A DNA stretch of 64,000 nucleotides, filler included, from a candidate division TA06 bacterium SM23_40 (GTDB taxonomy: Bacteria > LJUI01 > SM1-40), in NCBI GenBank assembly GCA_001303705.1. It is 5 parts of 5 records of this genome, joined end to end, with 100 filler letters (N's around TTAATTAATTAA, not from the genome) between each part and the next. Parts side by side here need not be neighbours in the genome. Positions count along the whole stretch, not along the records: positions 37,952 to 47,131 come from LJUI01000100.1; positions 47,232 to 56,189 come from LJUI01000101.1; 3 more parts are not named here. The stretch is one strand, 5' to 3'. Below the pieces are notes generated by a model. It saw nothing but the letters and a program-made list of their open reading frames with translations, did no database searches and was not told the DNA's origin. Shown piece by piece: positions 41,645 through 51,437 of the stretch (positions are counted from its first letter, which is position 1; each line of letters starts with the position of its first letter). The translations under genes and the position numbers were made by a program.

Positions 41645-42448
41645 TCACTTTACTGCCGTTATCTCGCCGTACAGGTCAGGCCGGCGGTCACTCAACAGTT
41701 GATTGCGCTCGGTCATCTTCTTGTCTAGCGCCTGGGCGAGATCCACCTCAACCGTTTCTGCCCGATCCTCATCCTCCCCCAGTCGAATGAGCACCTCCCC
41801 CTTTGGATTCACGACCTGACTCCGGCCGGTGAACTCGTACCACGGCCCACCTCGTTCTTCCCTGCCGGTACGGTTGACCGTAGCAATGAACACTCTATTC
41901 TCGATCGCCCTGGTCTTCATAGCATCCTGACAATAGGGGAGGACGAGATTGGCCGGATGGCAGATGAGCTGCGCCCCGCGGAGAGCGAGCACTCGCGCCG
42001 CCTCTGGATAGATCCAGTCGAAGCAGATGAGCATTCCTACCCGGGCCTCTCCCACGCGGTGCACCGTGAATCCCGTATCGCCGGGATCGAACCATGATTT
42101 CTCCTCGAGAAAGAGGTGCGCTTTCCGGTACACTGCTGTCTCGCCCGTAGGTGAGATGAGCACAGATGAATTGTACAGGTGCGTTCCATCACGTTCAGGG
42201 ATGCCGGCAACGATATGCAATCCGCCTTCCCTCGCCAGGCCGCCAAGGATCTCACACGATCTGCCGCCGGGAATCTTCTCGGCAAACGCGGCGACCTCTT
42301 CTCTCCCCTCGAATGCGTACCCGGTCGTGCAGAGCTCGGGCAGGACCGCGATCCCCCCAGCGAGATCCTCCGCAAATCCGCTGATGCGCTCCAGATTCGC
42401 GTCCACATCCCCGAATACGGGAGCGAACTGCACAATAGTGAGCTTCAT
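41645..42448 (-). CDS. Nitrilase-family carbon-nitrogen hydrolase
   Basis: E-K-C triad: LPELCTTGY, YRKAHLF, ICFDWIYPE. Confidence 0.93.
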   Translation of the reverse strand: MKLTIVQFAPVFGDVDANLERISGFAEDLAGGIAVLPELCTTGYAFEGREEVAAFAEKIPGGRSCEILGGLAREGGLHIVAGIPERDGTHLYNSSVLISPTGETAVYRKAHLFLEEKSWFDPGDTGFTVHRVGEARVGMLICFDWIYPEAARVLALRGAQLICHPANLVLPYCQDAMKTRAIENRVFIATVNRTGREERGGPWYEFTGRSQVVNPKGEVLIRLGEDEDRAETVEVDLAQALDKKMTERNQLLSDRRPDLYGEITAVK

Positions 42449-42638
42449 CCTCTCTGACCCGCGCTGATCCTCGCGACCTCTCGCCAGGACCGACCTGTCT
42501 CCCTACCACGCCAGCTGGCTTCTATCACCCTTCACCCAATCGACTGGCGCCACCACCGCCTCCACCGGTCCCAGAGCAGCAACCTACCGACCCTCCCACC
42601 GTCCGAGTTCAACGGCTCACAGATCCCGGCACATGCAC

Positions 42639-42668
42639 AAAAAGGGGCGGAGAGAGATCCCCGCCCTG
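42639..42668 (-). terminator. Intrinsic terminator after the coaB-coaC operon
   Basis: Minus strand GGGCGG...CCGCCC hairpin followed by a T tract. Confidence 0.65.
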
Positions 42669-42714
42669 CATACAGACCGACCACACTCCGTCAGATTCCG
42701 CTCCCATGCAAACG

Positions 42715-43011
42715 CTAGATCTCCTGCTCCATCACCCATCGATCCTTCTGGCTGTCGAAATAAATATAGTAGCTTCTGCCGTCCTCGAGCACCACCTCGA
42801 AGTAGTGCCTCGATCTCTGCTTCCACCAGAACTCATCCGGGCAGGCTTCCGGACTCGTCCCGGGCGCGTGCAGAGACTCTGCGCCCTTGTCCCACCAGTC
42901 GGCGCTCACCTCCACAACCTTGAGCTTACTGTCCCGCCAGAAGACATACTCCGGAGCCTTCTCCGCGGAGCCGCCCTCCGCACCGATCAATTCACAGAAG
43001 AAACGTGCCAC
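42715..43011 (-). CDS. Small hypothetical protein, DUF6504-like
   Basis: P..VFWRD...VVEVSADWWD...RHYFEV...IYFD...W. Confidence 0.6.
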   Translation of the reverse strand: MARFFCELIGAEGGSAEKAPEYVFWRDSKLKVVEVSADWWDKGAESLHAPGTSPEACPDEFWWKQRSRHYFEVVLEDGRSYYIYFDSQKDRWVMEQEI

Positions 43012-43014
43012 ATC

Positions 43015-43842
43015 TCACCCCCCGGAACGACATCTGCGTCCCTGTGCTGACCAGACGGCGTCCACCTCCCGCCTCGCTGCCGCGAGTCTGCCATCGCGCA
43101 GTTGTAGATCCTCGAACCCCTTGAAGAACTCCAGCAGCACAAACTCCAGGGATGGGCAGGGCCTGAGACAGGTGATCGCCGCATCGAGCTCCTCTGGGGT
43201 CGGCTCGAAATGAGCTCCATCGCCGGGCCGATACCCCGACAGATGGGCTACGACCACGACATCGGCGAGCGCACCTCCCCATTTCGACAGCATATCGAGA
43301 TCCCCATCGTGGGCAGCGAGCACGTGCCCGATATCGAACGAGACGGCAACTCCTGTCCCGCGGATTGCATCGCTGAACGCATCGAGCCGGGAGAAGATCC
43401 CCATCGGCGTGGTCTCTGCAGTCACGACCTCAACACCCTGTATCTGATCGCGAAGCCGCTGAAGGCTATCGCGTGCCGTACGAATCAGCCGATCGCTCGT
43501 CTCCTTCTGCCAGGCGAACACTCCCAGATCATCCCTCAGATGTACATTGAGGTACTCTGCTCCGATTGCACGGGCGAACTCAGCACACCGCAGAACGGCA
43601 CTCTCCGCACCCTCCACGCACTCCTCCCACACCGAACCCAGATAGACAGATTCCCATGGGCTCTGAACGCCGGCCGCCATCTCACACTCTTCGAGGGCGC
43701 GACAGATCTCATCAGCATCCTGTTCCAACATGCCCGGCTCGTCGACGGCGATATCGACAAACCCGAACCCCAGCCCCCTTGCCACCGGGATCGCCGCGGC
43801 GATTTCCCCGTGCCCGGCATAAACAGGATACCCCACCCTCAT
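43015..43842 (-). CDS. TIM-barrel sugar-phosphate isomerase/epimerase family protein
   Basis: FARAIGAEYLNVH, SFDIGH, AHLS, LLE; overlaps the coaC stop codon. Confidence 0.7.
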   Translation of the reverse strand: MRVGYPVYAGHGEIAAAIPVARGLGFGFVDIAVDEPGMLEQDADEICRALEECEMAAGVQSPWESVYLGSVWEECVEGAESAVLRCAEFARAIGAEYLNVHLRDDLGVFAWQKETSDRLIRTARDSLQRLRDQIQGVEVVTAETTPMGIFSRLDAFSDAIRGTGVAVSFDIGHVLAAHDGDLDMLSKWGGALADVVVVAHLSGYRPGDGAHFEPTPEELDAAITCLRPCPSLEFVLLEFFKGFEDLQLRDGRLAAARREVDAVWSAQGRRCRSGG

Positions 43843-44402
43843 TCGGTCACCTCCCCGGAGATGGCAGCCTCGATCTCCGCGATGATGGCCGTCAGTTTCG
43901 CCAAACGTCCCACTCCACGATCGCCCGATGCGAGAATACCCTCCTCCGGCTCCACGAACCGGTATCCGAGCGCACGAAGCTTCTCGATGTTCTGCTGAAC
44001 GATCGGATTGCTGTACATATTCGCGTTCATCGCAGGGGCGAGCACAACCGGACTCTCTGTCGCCATGACGAGTGTGCTGAGAAGATCATCCGCGATCCCC
44101 GCGGCAATCTTGCCGATAATGTTAGCCGTTGCCGGAGCTATCACCAATATGTGGGCCCACTTCGCGAGATCGATGTGCGGCAGTGGGCCCACGGGACGCG
44201 CCGTAAACAGGTCGACGGCCACGCTACGCCCGGAGAGTGTTTGGAAGGTGAGCGGTGTCACGAACTCGGTTGCGTGCTGGGTCATGACTACCTGCACTGC
44301 AGCGCCACGCTCCATCAGCCGCCGTATGAGCGAGCACGCCTTGAACGCAGCAATACCTCCTGTGACACCGAGAACGATCTGTTTCCCATCGAGCATGGCC
44401 AT
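43839..44402 (-). CDS. coaC: Phosphopantothenoylcysteine decarboxylase (stand-alone)
   Basis: GVTGGIAAFK, HIDLA, APATAN, APAMNANMY, GVGRL; the usual ACG substrate-clamp motif reads ASG. Confidence 0.88.
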   Translation of the reverse strand: MAMLDGKQIVLGVTGGIAAFKACSLIRRLMERGAAVQVVMTQHATEFVTPLTFQTLSGRSVAVDLFTARPVGPLPHIDLAKWAHILVIAPATANIIGKIAAGIADDLLSTLVMATESPVVLAPAMNANMYSNPIVQQNIEKLRALGYRFVEPEEGILASGDRGVGRLAKLTAIIAEIEAAISGEVTE

Positions 44403-44499
44403 ACCCCACGTGTACCTCTACCGTCGTCGACGGCCATGGCTCACAACCACGGCCTTCATGCAGACGCTCCCGATATCCCCGTTCAGCACCTCTACCTCA

Positions 44500-45225
44500 T
44501 CACATCTCGCGCATCGGCTCCTGGGTCTCAGCGTCCTTAGCTCTCTCGTGGACAAGTGCGGCAACTTTGTCGAGTATGATCCTGGTAATCTCGCCCTTCG
44601 TCCGTGCGGTCGCCTGTACCGTCCCATCACTACCTATGATGTGACCGACATGGCCCTCGGCCATGATCTCAGTCAAATCATTGGCGACCACGACGTCAGC
44701 ATCAGCTGAATCCTTAAGAGCAACCGCACTCGCAATAAGCTCTTCGTATGGGACTCCCACCTCCAGCTTAAACGCCACGAGGACGGCATCGCGGGCCCTC
44801 TCTCTGATGCGTCCTATGATCTTGACCGTGGGAACGAGACGAACAGTCCAGTCTTCTCTGCCTGACTTTGCCTTGCCAGGCGACCGCTCCGCGGGGACGT
44901 AATCGAGGACGGCCATGGCATGGATGATCGCATCAAAGTGCCCCCCTCTCAGCTCTCGCTCCAAAGCGGCGGCTGCATCGTCCACGGTGTCGACCTCGAT
45001 AAGGTGAAGCCGCCGATGATGCCCGTTGCCGGGCGCACCGGCGGCTGGTATTTCACTCCGACGCCCGTAGATGAACGTTACATCGGCGCCACGGCGCAAT
45101 GCCTCCTCGGCGATCATCGCGCCGAGCTTTCCGCTCGAGGTGTTCGAAATATACCGGATTGCATCGATCGGAGCACGCGTCGGCCCCGATGTCATCAGGA
45201 GGCGCTTCCCCGACAGATCACTCAT
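44500..45225 (-). CDS. coaB: Phosphopantothenate--cysteine ligase (stand-alone)
   Basis: TSGPTRAPIDAIRYISNTSSGKLG, HAMAVLDY, FKLE, VVANDL. Confidence 0.88.
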   Translation of the reverse strand: MSDLSGKRLLMTSGPTRAPIDAIRYISNTSSGKLGAMIAEEALRRGADVTFIYGRRSEIPAAGAPGNGHHRRLHLIEVDTVDDAAAALERELRGGHFDAIIHAMAVLDYVPAERSPGKAKSGREDWTVRLVPTVKIIGRIRERARDAVLVAFKLEVGVPYEELIASAVALKDSADADVVVANDLTEIMAEGHVGHIIGSDGTVQATARTKGEITRIILDKVAALVHERAKDAETQEPMREM

Positions 45226-45361
45226 CGGCGTCAGTCCTCAGACGGGCGGCAGTCTATCGACGCCCGGCGACTCCCCCATAAATGTATTGCCCTTGCTCTC
45301 ACTTCGTGAGCCGAAGGGCAAGTCCTTGCTATCGTTGCAAAAACCATCGATCGCACTTCAT

Positions 45362-45390
45362 ATCATAGCCATCGGACCCGGAGAAGTCAA
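45362..45390 (-). promoter_or_regulatory. Putative sigma70 promoter for coaB
   Basis: Minus strand TTGACT-N17-TATGAT. Confidence 0.6.
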
Positions 45391-45408
45391 TAGCCAACCG
45401 CACGTAGC

Positions 45409-45966
45409 CTAGTCCTCAGCCGCCCTGATCTCCGAGATTACCCACTCATCATCCTCACGGGTGAGCACGACCTGAACGTGGTCGTGATAGAGCACATCTT
45501 CTTCCGTGAACCGATAGCTCCGCACGGCAATCGCAAGAGGCTCCTCGCCGTCCTGATACTCAACGAATTCGAAGCTCTCCCCGACGGTGTAGTGGAAATG
45601 ATCCCGCAACGCATACTCCGCCTGCATGCTGCTGAACGTTCCACCACGCGGGCCGCCACGACTGAATGAGATCAGTATCGGCGTATCCCCGAAATGCTGA
45701 CTGAGCAGCGATACCTCCTCCCGCCGCCACCCCTCCTCCACATCACTGAAGACCGCCAGCGGGCGCGATGCTGCCGTATCCTCCTCGGACGAAGTCCCCT
45801 CGCTCGCGGATCGGGAAAGCGGGCCCGGAATCGAGGGTCCCCATGACAGGGTGCCGCCGCTTCCGGCCTGGCTGCACACGCTCACCACAAGGATACCACA
45901 GAGACAGAGAAGGAGGACGACGACGGGGGATGCCAAGACCGCACGCATCCTCTTCCCCCCGCTCAA
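45409..45966 (-). CDS. Exported hypothetical protein, DUF4783-like
   Basis: N-terminal hydrophobic segment; LSQHF...GTFSSMQAEYALRDHF...WVISEI. Confidence 0.55.
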   Translation of the reverse strand: MSGGKRMRAVLASPVVVLLLCLCGILVVSVCSQAGSGGTLSWGPSIPGPLSRSASEGTSSEEDTAASRPLAVFSDVEEGWRREEVSLLSQHFGDTPILISFSRGGPRGGTFSSMQAEYALRDHFHYTVGESFEFVEYQDGEEPLAIAVRSYRFTEEDVLYHDHVQVVLTREDDEWVISEIRAAED

Positions 45967-46116
45967 GACCTGCTCTCATGGTCTATATATAGTATATCAC
46001 GGTGGGAGCGGGCCGGTCAACGCCCACGGGCCCAATTGAGTATCCCCCTCGGCGTGAACTGAATCCCTATACGAGGAGGCAGATGACTCGGGCTCGCGGG
46101 ACATCGCCTGGAGACG

Positions 46117-47130
46117 CTAATGCAGTGCCACGACCTTCTGCGTCTCGGTGCCCAGACTGCTCGACAGGACCGCCAGGTACACTCCCGGACCCACCCTATT
46201 ACCTCGATCATCACGTCCATCCCATCTCACTGCATGGAACCCGGGCAGGCCCGTCCGATCGACAAGCGTGCGCACAAGACGGCCCTGTACGTCGAAAAGC
46301 CTCAATCTCACACCGCCGTCCCCGTACTGCGGGTCGGCGCTGTGAATCATCTGGCTGCCACGGGAACTGAGGCCCTCATCAGTGCCGTGACCGGGAAGGG
46401 AATAGATGAAGATCGTAGATTCGGTGAACGGGTTCGGGCGGCCCCGCGACAGGAACAGGCCAGCGCTGTGAGGCTCGAGGTCGCCATTGCCTTCACCGTC
46501 CTCTACGCCGACGAGGATCCCCCCCTCGATAGCAGTCACCCAGCGATTCGCCGGGAGGGAACTGTGGACATCCACTACTCCTGAGGGCCATTCTATGCGG
46601 AGCGTTGTGGCAGTCGTGGCGCTTCCCAGCCCGAACTCGACCGCCATGCTGTTCTGCGAGCAGTACCCGGACCCTCCCTCAACCTGACGTATCCGGGTGA
46701 CGCCTCCTGCTGTCAGTGAAACGAGTGCTCCTATCCCGGAACGGTTAGAGAGTGTCCCCCGAGTATCGACCACGAACCATCGATTAGTATCGGAATCGTT
46801 TCGGTACAGGACATTCGCCTGATTCGAGTTCACGACGTAGAGATCGACATCTCCATCGCCGTCGTAGTCCCCTGCCGTCACTCCCCGGCCCGGGCCTGTA
46901 TCCCCGGCTCCAGCACCCGGGACCGAGGTGAACGTGTTGTCGCCGTCGTTGCTGTACAGGACGTTTGCCTGGTTATTCTTCGTTATGTAGATGTCGAGAT
47001 CGCCGTCCTTGTCGAAATCGGCCCAAACCCCGCCGTAGCAGGGACCAGTATCGCCCACCCCCGCGCCGACCAGATTAGTGAATGTCGAGTCCCCGTCATT
47101 CCGGTACAACACATTCCCCGTGTTCTGGTT
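46117..47130 (-). CDS. FG-GAP/CRTAC1 (ASPIC-UnbV) protein with FlgD-Ig/T9SS-like tail, 3' part
   Basis: DFDKDGDLDIY and DYDGDGDVDLY repeats, NRSGIGA, GSGYCSQ, FGLG, PNPF...WDGRDDRG. Confidence 0.88.
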   Translation of the reverse strand, partial: NQNTGNVLYRNDGDSTFTNLVGAGVGDTGPCYGGVWADFDKDGDLDIYITKNNQANVLYSNDGDNTFTSVPGAGAGDTGPGRGVTAGDYDGDGDVDLYVVNSNQANVLYRNDSDTNRWFVVDTRGTLSNRSGIGALVSLTAGGVTRIRQVEGGSGYCSQNSMAVEFGLGSATTATTLRIEWPSGVVDVHSSLPANRWVTAIEGGILVGVEDGEGNGDLEPHSAGLFLSRGRPNPFTESTIFIYSLPGHGTDEGLSSRGSQMIHSADPQYGDGGVRLRLFDVQGRLVRTLVDRTGLPGFHAVRWDGRDDRGNRVGPGVYLAVLSSSLGTETQKVVALH

Positions 47131-47131
47131 G

Positions 47132-47231
47132 NNNNNNNNNNNNNNNNNNNNNNNNNNNNNNNNNNNNNNNNNNNNTTAATTAATTAANNNNNNNNNNNNN
47201 NNNNNNNNNNNNNNNNNNNNNNNNNNNNNNN
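47132..47231. other. Artificial contig linker
   Basis: N44-TTAATTAATTAA-N44. Confidence 0.97.
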
Positions 47232-48325
47232 ATCGACGGGTCTCTCGACATCGCATCTGTGTCGGTGACCCGCACCTCATCCATGAGCGACCGGTTCGGA
47301 CCCGGGTGCCATCCTGACGATACGGCTCTACTCTCCACCTCCCCGTTACTCTCATCCTTACCGGGCGGCACGATGAGCATCTCATCCAGCACCCGCCCCT
47401 GGGCGAGCGGCAGAGAGAATCCGAGGAGTTCGGCAATGGTCGACCCGATGTCGATCTGATCCCCTCTTGTCTCGATCACCGTGTCGGCCTTGATGTCGGG
47501 GCCGACGGCGAGAAACATCAGGTCGCGGCAGCCGCGATCCCGCATGCTGTGGTTCTTGAAGCCGCCGTGCATATCGTCGCGCCGACCGTGGTCGGTGGTG
47601 ACGATGAGTGTCGTCTTGTCGCGGTAGGTCGTGTCTCTGAAGGCTGGATTGAACGTCGTGTCTGCCTGTATCTTCTTCCAGATACGGTAGACGATCGCAT
47701 CCGCCCGCCTTATCGCCTCCAGATATCCCTCCCAGTTCTCCTGATGCCCCATGCGGTCGACTTCGAACAGATTGACCAGCACCAGAGAGGGGTGATATTG
47801 ATCCATCGCCTGCGCGAGGGCACGTGCGACGTGCATGTCCGACCTGGGATAGGCGTGGTAGGAAGAGGACGCGTACTCCTCACCATAGGCGGGATGTGTG
47901 CTGTAGTCCATCCCGATGAACCCGTCTGGGTTGTTGTCGAACAGCCAGATCTGTTCCTGGGGTATCCCCAGTTCTTTCCGATAGCATTCGAACGCGAGTG
48001 GGTCGTCACCCCGTGCAATGCAGTGCGGTAGCCCGCTCCTCACGCCGCTCAACATCGCCAAGTGGGCACCGGTAGTAATCGTCGTCCCGGTGTTGTAGAA
48101 GTTCGAGTAGATGGTCCCCAGGGGACGGAGGTCGTTCCACAAATGCGGAATGTTGGTGTGTGTCGTGTCATCAAACGCTTCGGTGTTCCGTACGCCGTCG
48201 ATAACTATGAGAAAGACGTTCTCAGTTACATAACTCGAAGCCGGATAGAGACCACCCAGCAAGAAGATTCCAGCGGCGCACCCCACCATCGCCATCACGA
48301 TCAAGCGTCCGCCCTGCGCCATCAT
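47232..48325 (-). CDS. Secreted alkaline-phosphatase-superfamily hydrolase, 5' part
   Basis: Signal peptide, IVIDGVR, TITTGAH, VDRMGH, TTDHGR. Confidence 0.8.
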
Positions 48326-48357
48326 CTTATACCCCCCTTCCCTGCAGCCACCCACTC

Positions 48358-50205
48358 CTACTTCAGAACCACCAGACGTCTGGTGGCATCCTGCTCCCCG
48401 ACGGTCAGCCGATAGAAATAGACTCCTGAGCTGACCATCGTTCCCTGACCATCCCGACCATCCCAGACGATCCGCTTGATGCCCGGTTCTTCCTTCGCAT
48501 CAACGAGCCGCCTGACGAGCTGACCCGCAAGATTGTAGATCGAGAGCGTAACATGACTGCACCCCGGACGCCCGCCGCTCCCTGCGGCGCCAACGGGCCG
48601 GCCGTCGCCCGGCACCCCGTACGATATCGCCGTATTCGAGCGCATCGGATTGGGAAGACTCTGCGCCAGGAAGAAGGCAGTGCTCACTTCTCTCTCCTCC
48701 GGCTGCTCCGAGATCCCCGGTTCCCCGACGGTGAAGGAAGCTGTGGCCATCCAGATCCCCGGTTCGTACCCATCGTCTGCACGCGCCCGCCACCAGTACT
48801 CCTCTCCCCAGGTGAGCGTCTCCGTCACTTCCCACGAGGTGGAGTCGACCCCCTCGGCGATCTCCGTCGCCGAGTCGACGAGTCCCGACAGCAGAGAGTC
48901 GCTGTACACCTCGAACGTATAGGTGAGCGGATCCCCCTCGACATCATCGGCGTTGAGGACGACCAGCGTCGGCGTCAGATCGAGCGTCTGCCCGCCGTCT
49001 GGCGGTGAGAGGAGAGCGGGCGCGGTGGGCACCGCATTCATATGAAACATCGTCTCGGCCCAGTCGCTCCAGTCGGTCCCATTGCTCGCCCGGGCACGTG
49101 CATAGTACGTCTCGCCATCCTCCAGCGAGGCCCCGGCATAGGTTGTGAACGTGTCAGGAGAGGCGACCGAGTCCGGATCCCACATCTCGGCGACCGACCA
49201 CTCGTCGTCGGTCCCCACCTCCACCTCATAGAATGCCTGGGGCACGGACCCGGGATCATCATATGCCCAGCTGATCAGCGGTGTGTGGTCGGTGATGTGC
49301 GAGCTGTCTTCCTCCCCGCCCACGTACAGTGTGAGGAGGATCGGCGCGCCCGCATAGAAATCCCCGGGAGTCGATTCAGCCTCGATCCACGTATTCGAGA
49401 GATCCTCGCTCGTCTCGTCATGGCCGGTGACCCCGTTTCCCCCGGAGAGCACCTCCGCCCCCTCATCCACACCCAACCGCTGCCATGACTCGCCAGCCGA
49501 ATGCCCGCTCGAAGCGATGTAGTCCTGATCGCCGACCGGGGTATCATCGAGATAGAAGGTCGAGAATGTGTCCGGATCCGGGCCGTCCTTGGCCAGGCCG
49601 GTCTTATACACGTTGATCTGCGCACTGATGTCTCCCCACTGGGCGATATCGACATCCCGAATCAGGTCGCCCTCGCCGTCCCAGTGGTAGAGTATCATCA
49701 CCTCAGCACCGTTGCTGAGCATATAGGCTGACGTCCCGATCCATGGGTCGATCTGCTGACAGTAGTCGATCCCCGGATCGATCATGTTGGGAACTTCATC
49801 CGGAACGACATCCGGGTGAAGTTCGAAGTCCGGATCGATCTCCGGATAGTAGCTTGCAGCGCTGTCCGCATCAATGCACATCCAGAGCGCCTCACCGGGA
49901 GCAATGATCTCTCCGTCCGGGAATTGGGCCAGAAAGTCCGAACTCCACGGCGTGTAGGTGCAGTCGACCAGATTGATATAATCCTGATCAAGACTGTAGA
50001 TGGCATCACAAAGGTAGTAGTCGGTGAGATCGATCGGACTATCTGTGGGATTGTAGATCTCTACGAACTCTGCCGGCGTCGGTGTCACGCAGATCTCTGT
50101 GATGAGGAGATGGTCTGCCGGCTCTCCCCGGGACGCCGCCACTCCCGATACCAGGCAGCAGACCAGTACGAGACAGGCCATCTCCACCCTCCCTATACGG
50201 TTCAT
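48358..50205 (-). CDS. Secreted lamin-tail-domain protein with Ig/FN3-like modules and FlgD-Ig/T9SS-like tail
   Basis: HLLITEI...EFVEIYNPT, YYARARA...WSDW, YWWRARA, QSLPNP...WDGRDGQG...SGVYFYRL. Confidence 0.82.
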   Translation of the reverse strand: MNRIGRVEMACLVLVCCLVSGVAASRGEPADHLLITEICVTPTPAEFVEIYNPTDSPIDLTDYYLCDAIYSLDQDYINLVDCTYTPWSSDFLAQFPDGEIIAPGEALWMCIDADSAASYYPEIDPDFELHPDVVPDEVPNMIDPGIDYCQQIDPWIGTSAYMLSNGAEVMILYHWDGEGDLIRDVDIAQWGDISAQINVYKTGLAKDGPDPDTFSTFYLDDTPVGDQDYIASSGHSAGESWQRLGVDEGAEVLSGGNGVTGHDETSEDLSNTWIEAESTPGDFYAGAPILLTLYVGGEEDSSHITDHTPLISWAYDDPGSVPQAFYEVEVGTDDEWSVAEMWDPDSVASPDTFTTYAGASLEDGETYYARARASNGTDWSDWAETMFHMNAVPTAPALLSPPDGGQTLDLTPTLVVLNADDVEGDPLTYTFEVYSDSLLSGLVDSATEIAEGVDSTSWEVTETLTWGEEYWWRARADDGYEPGIWMATASFTVGEPGISEQPEEREVSTAFFLAQSLPNPMRSNTAISYGVPGDGRPVGAAGSGGRPGCSHVTLSIYNLAGQLVRRLVDAKEEPGIKRIVWDGRDGQGTMVSSGVYFYRLTVGEQDATRRLVVLK

Positions 50206-50306
50206 CTCGCGGCCTCCTTCTCCTTCGTAGTCCAGCACAACAGCAGAGCCTCCACACCAGCTAACGACTATACCACAAAAGCATCCCACCTCGCCACCAA
50301 AAACCA

Positions 50307-50642
50307 GCGGACGTTGGCCGGCTCAGAAAGTTACGGGGACATACCTGGGTTTCGAAGGTTATTACACCCTCTCCCTGTCCAGGGACGTTGGTAGGTTCAG
50401 AAGGTTACGGAGACGCTGTCCAGTCCAGGGATGTTGGCAGGTTCAGAAGGTTACGAGGATGTACCTGGGTTTTGGGGGTTATTTCATCCTCTCCCTGTCC
50501 GGGGACGTTGGCAGGTTCAGAAGGTTACGAGGATGTACCTGGGTTTTGGGGGTTATTTCATCCTCTCCCTGTCCAGGGACGTTGGCAGGTTCAGAAGGTT
50601 ACGGAGACGTACCCAGGTTCCATAGGTTATTGCATCCTCTCC
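50307..50642. repeat. Cluster D of the GGGGACGT-N13-AAGGTTA repeat: 74-bp unit (variant 1 + variant 2 + 17-bp linker), about 4.5 units
   Basis: gggacgttggcaggttcagaaggttac + gaggatgtacctgggttttgggggttatt + tcatcctctccctgtcc, repeated. Confidence 0.88.
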
Positions 50643-50699
50643 TACCCTCCGAACACCTGAGCAGGTGCCCGGGCAGAAACACAGCCGCCGGGGTGCTGT

Positions 50700-51425
50700 T
50701 CACTCCCCGAAGGCCAGCCGCTCAGCGAGGAAAGGAGGAAGCCCGGCCCTTATGATCTTCTCCTGGGCCCTCCGGATGTCGTAGGCGACACGGCGGAACT
50801 CAACGCGATCTGTCTCCCCATCATAGATGACGTAACACGCCCGCGGATCGTAGTCACGGGGCTGGCCTACACTCCCCGCGTTGATGATATAGCGGTAGTC
50901 CCTGCGCAGGGTGAAGACAGAGTCGCGCTGGACACTGCACTCGCCCCCCGCATCAACGGCGAGCAAAGGCACGTGTGAATGTCCGATCAGACACACCCGC
51001 TCGGTGAAGCTGGCGAATTCATACCTGGCATCTGCGGCCGAGAGGACGTATCGCCAGGCAGCAGGGGAACTGGGCGAGGAGTGGACACACAGATGGTCAT
51101 CGAGATCCAGTGTGAGCGGAAGTGCCTTCAGGAATTCTCTATTCTCCGGTCTCAGCACCTCTCCCGACCAGATGACTGCCGCCCTGGCCCATGGATTGAA
51201 GTAATCCACATCAGTGAGCCCCACTGCAGCGTGGTCGTGATTGCCGACGACTATGTGCTCGGTAAGCGACCGCACCCTGTCGACACACTCATTCGGATCG
51301 GCTCCGTACCCTACGAGATCGCCGAGGCAGACGATGGTCTCGACGGACGCACCTTCAATCTCCTGGAGCACAGTATCGAGGGCTTCCAGATTCCCGTGGA
51401 TATCAGAAATGAAGGCATAGCGCAT
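50700..51425 (-). CDS. Metallophosphoesterase (calcineurin-like)
   Basis: SDIHGN, LGDLVGYG, GNHD, GHSH, NAGSVGQPRD. Confidence 0.93.
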   Translation of the reverse strand: MRYAFISDIHGNLEALDTVLQEIEGASVETIVCLGDLVGYGADPNECVDRVRSLTEHIVVGNHDHAAVGLTDVDYFNPWARAAVIWSGEVLRPENREFLKALPLTLDLDDHLCVHSSPSSPAAWRYVLSAADARYEFASFTERVCLIGHSHVPLLAVDAGGECSVQRDSVFTLRRDYRYIINAGSVGQPRDYDPRACYVIYDGETDRVEFRRVAYDIRRAQEKIIRAGLPPFLAERLAFGE

Positions 51426-51437
51426 GTGGGGGATGCC

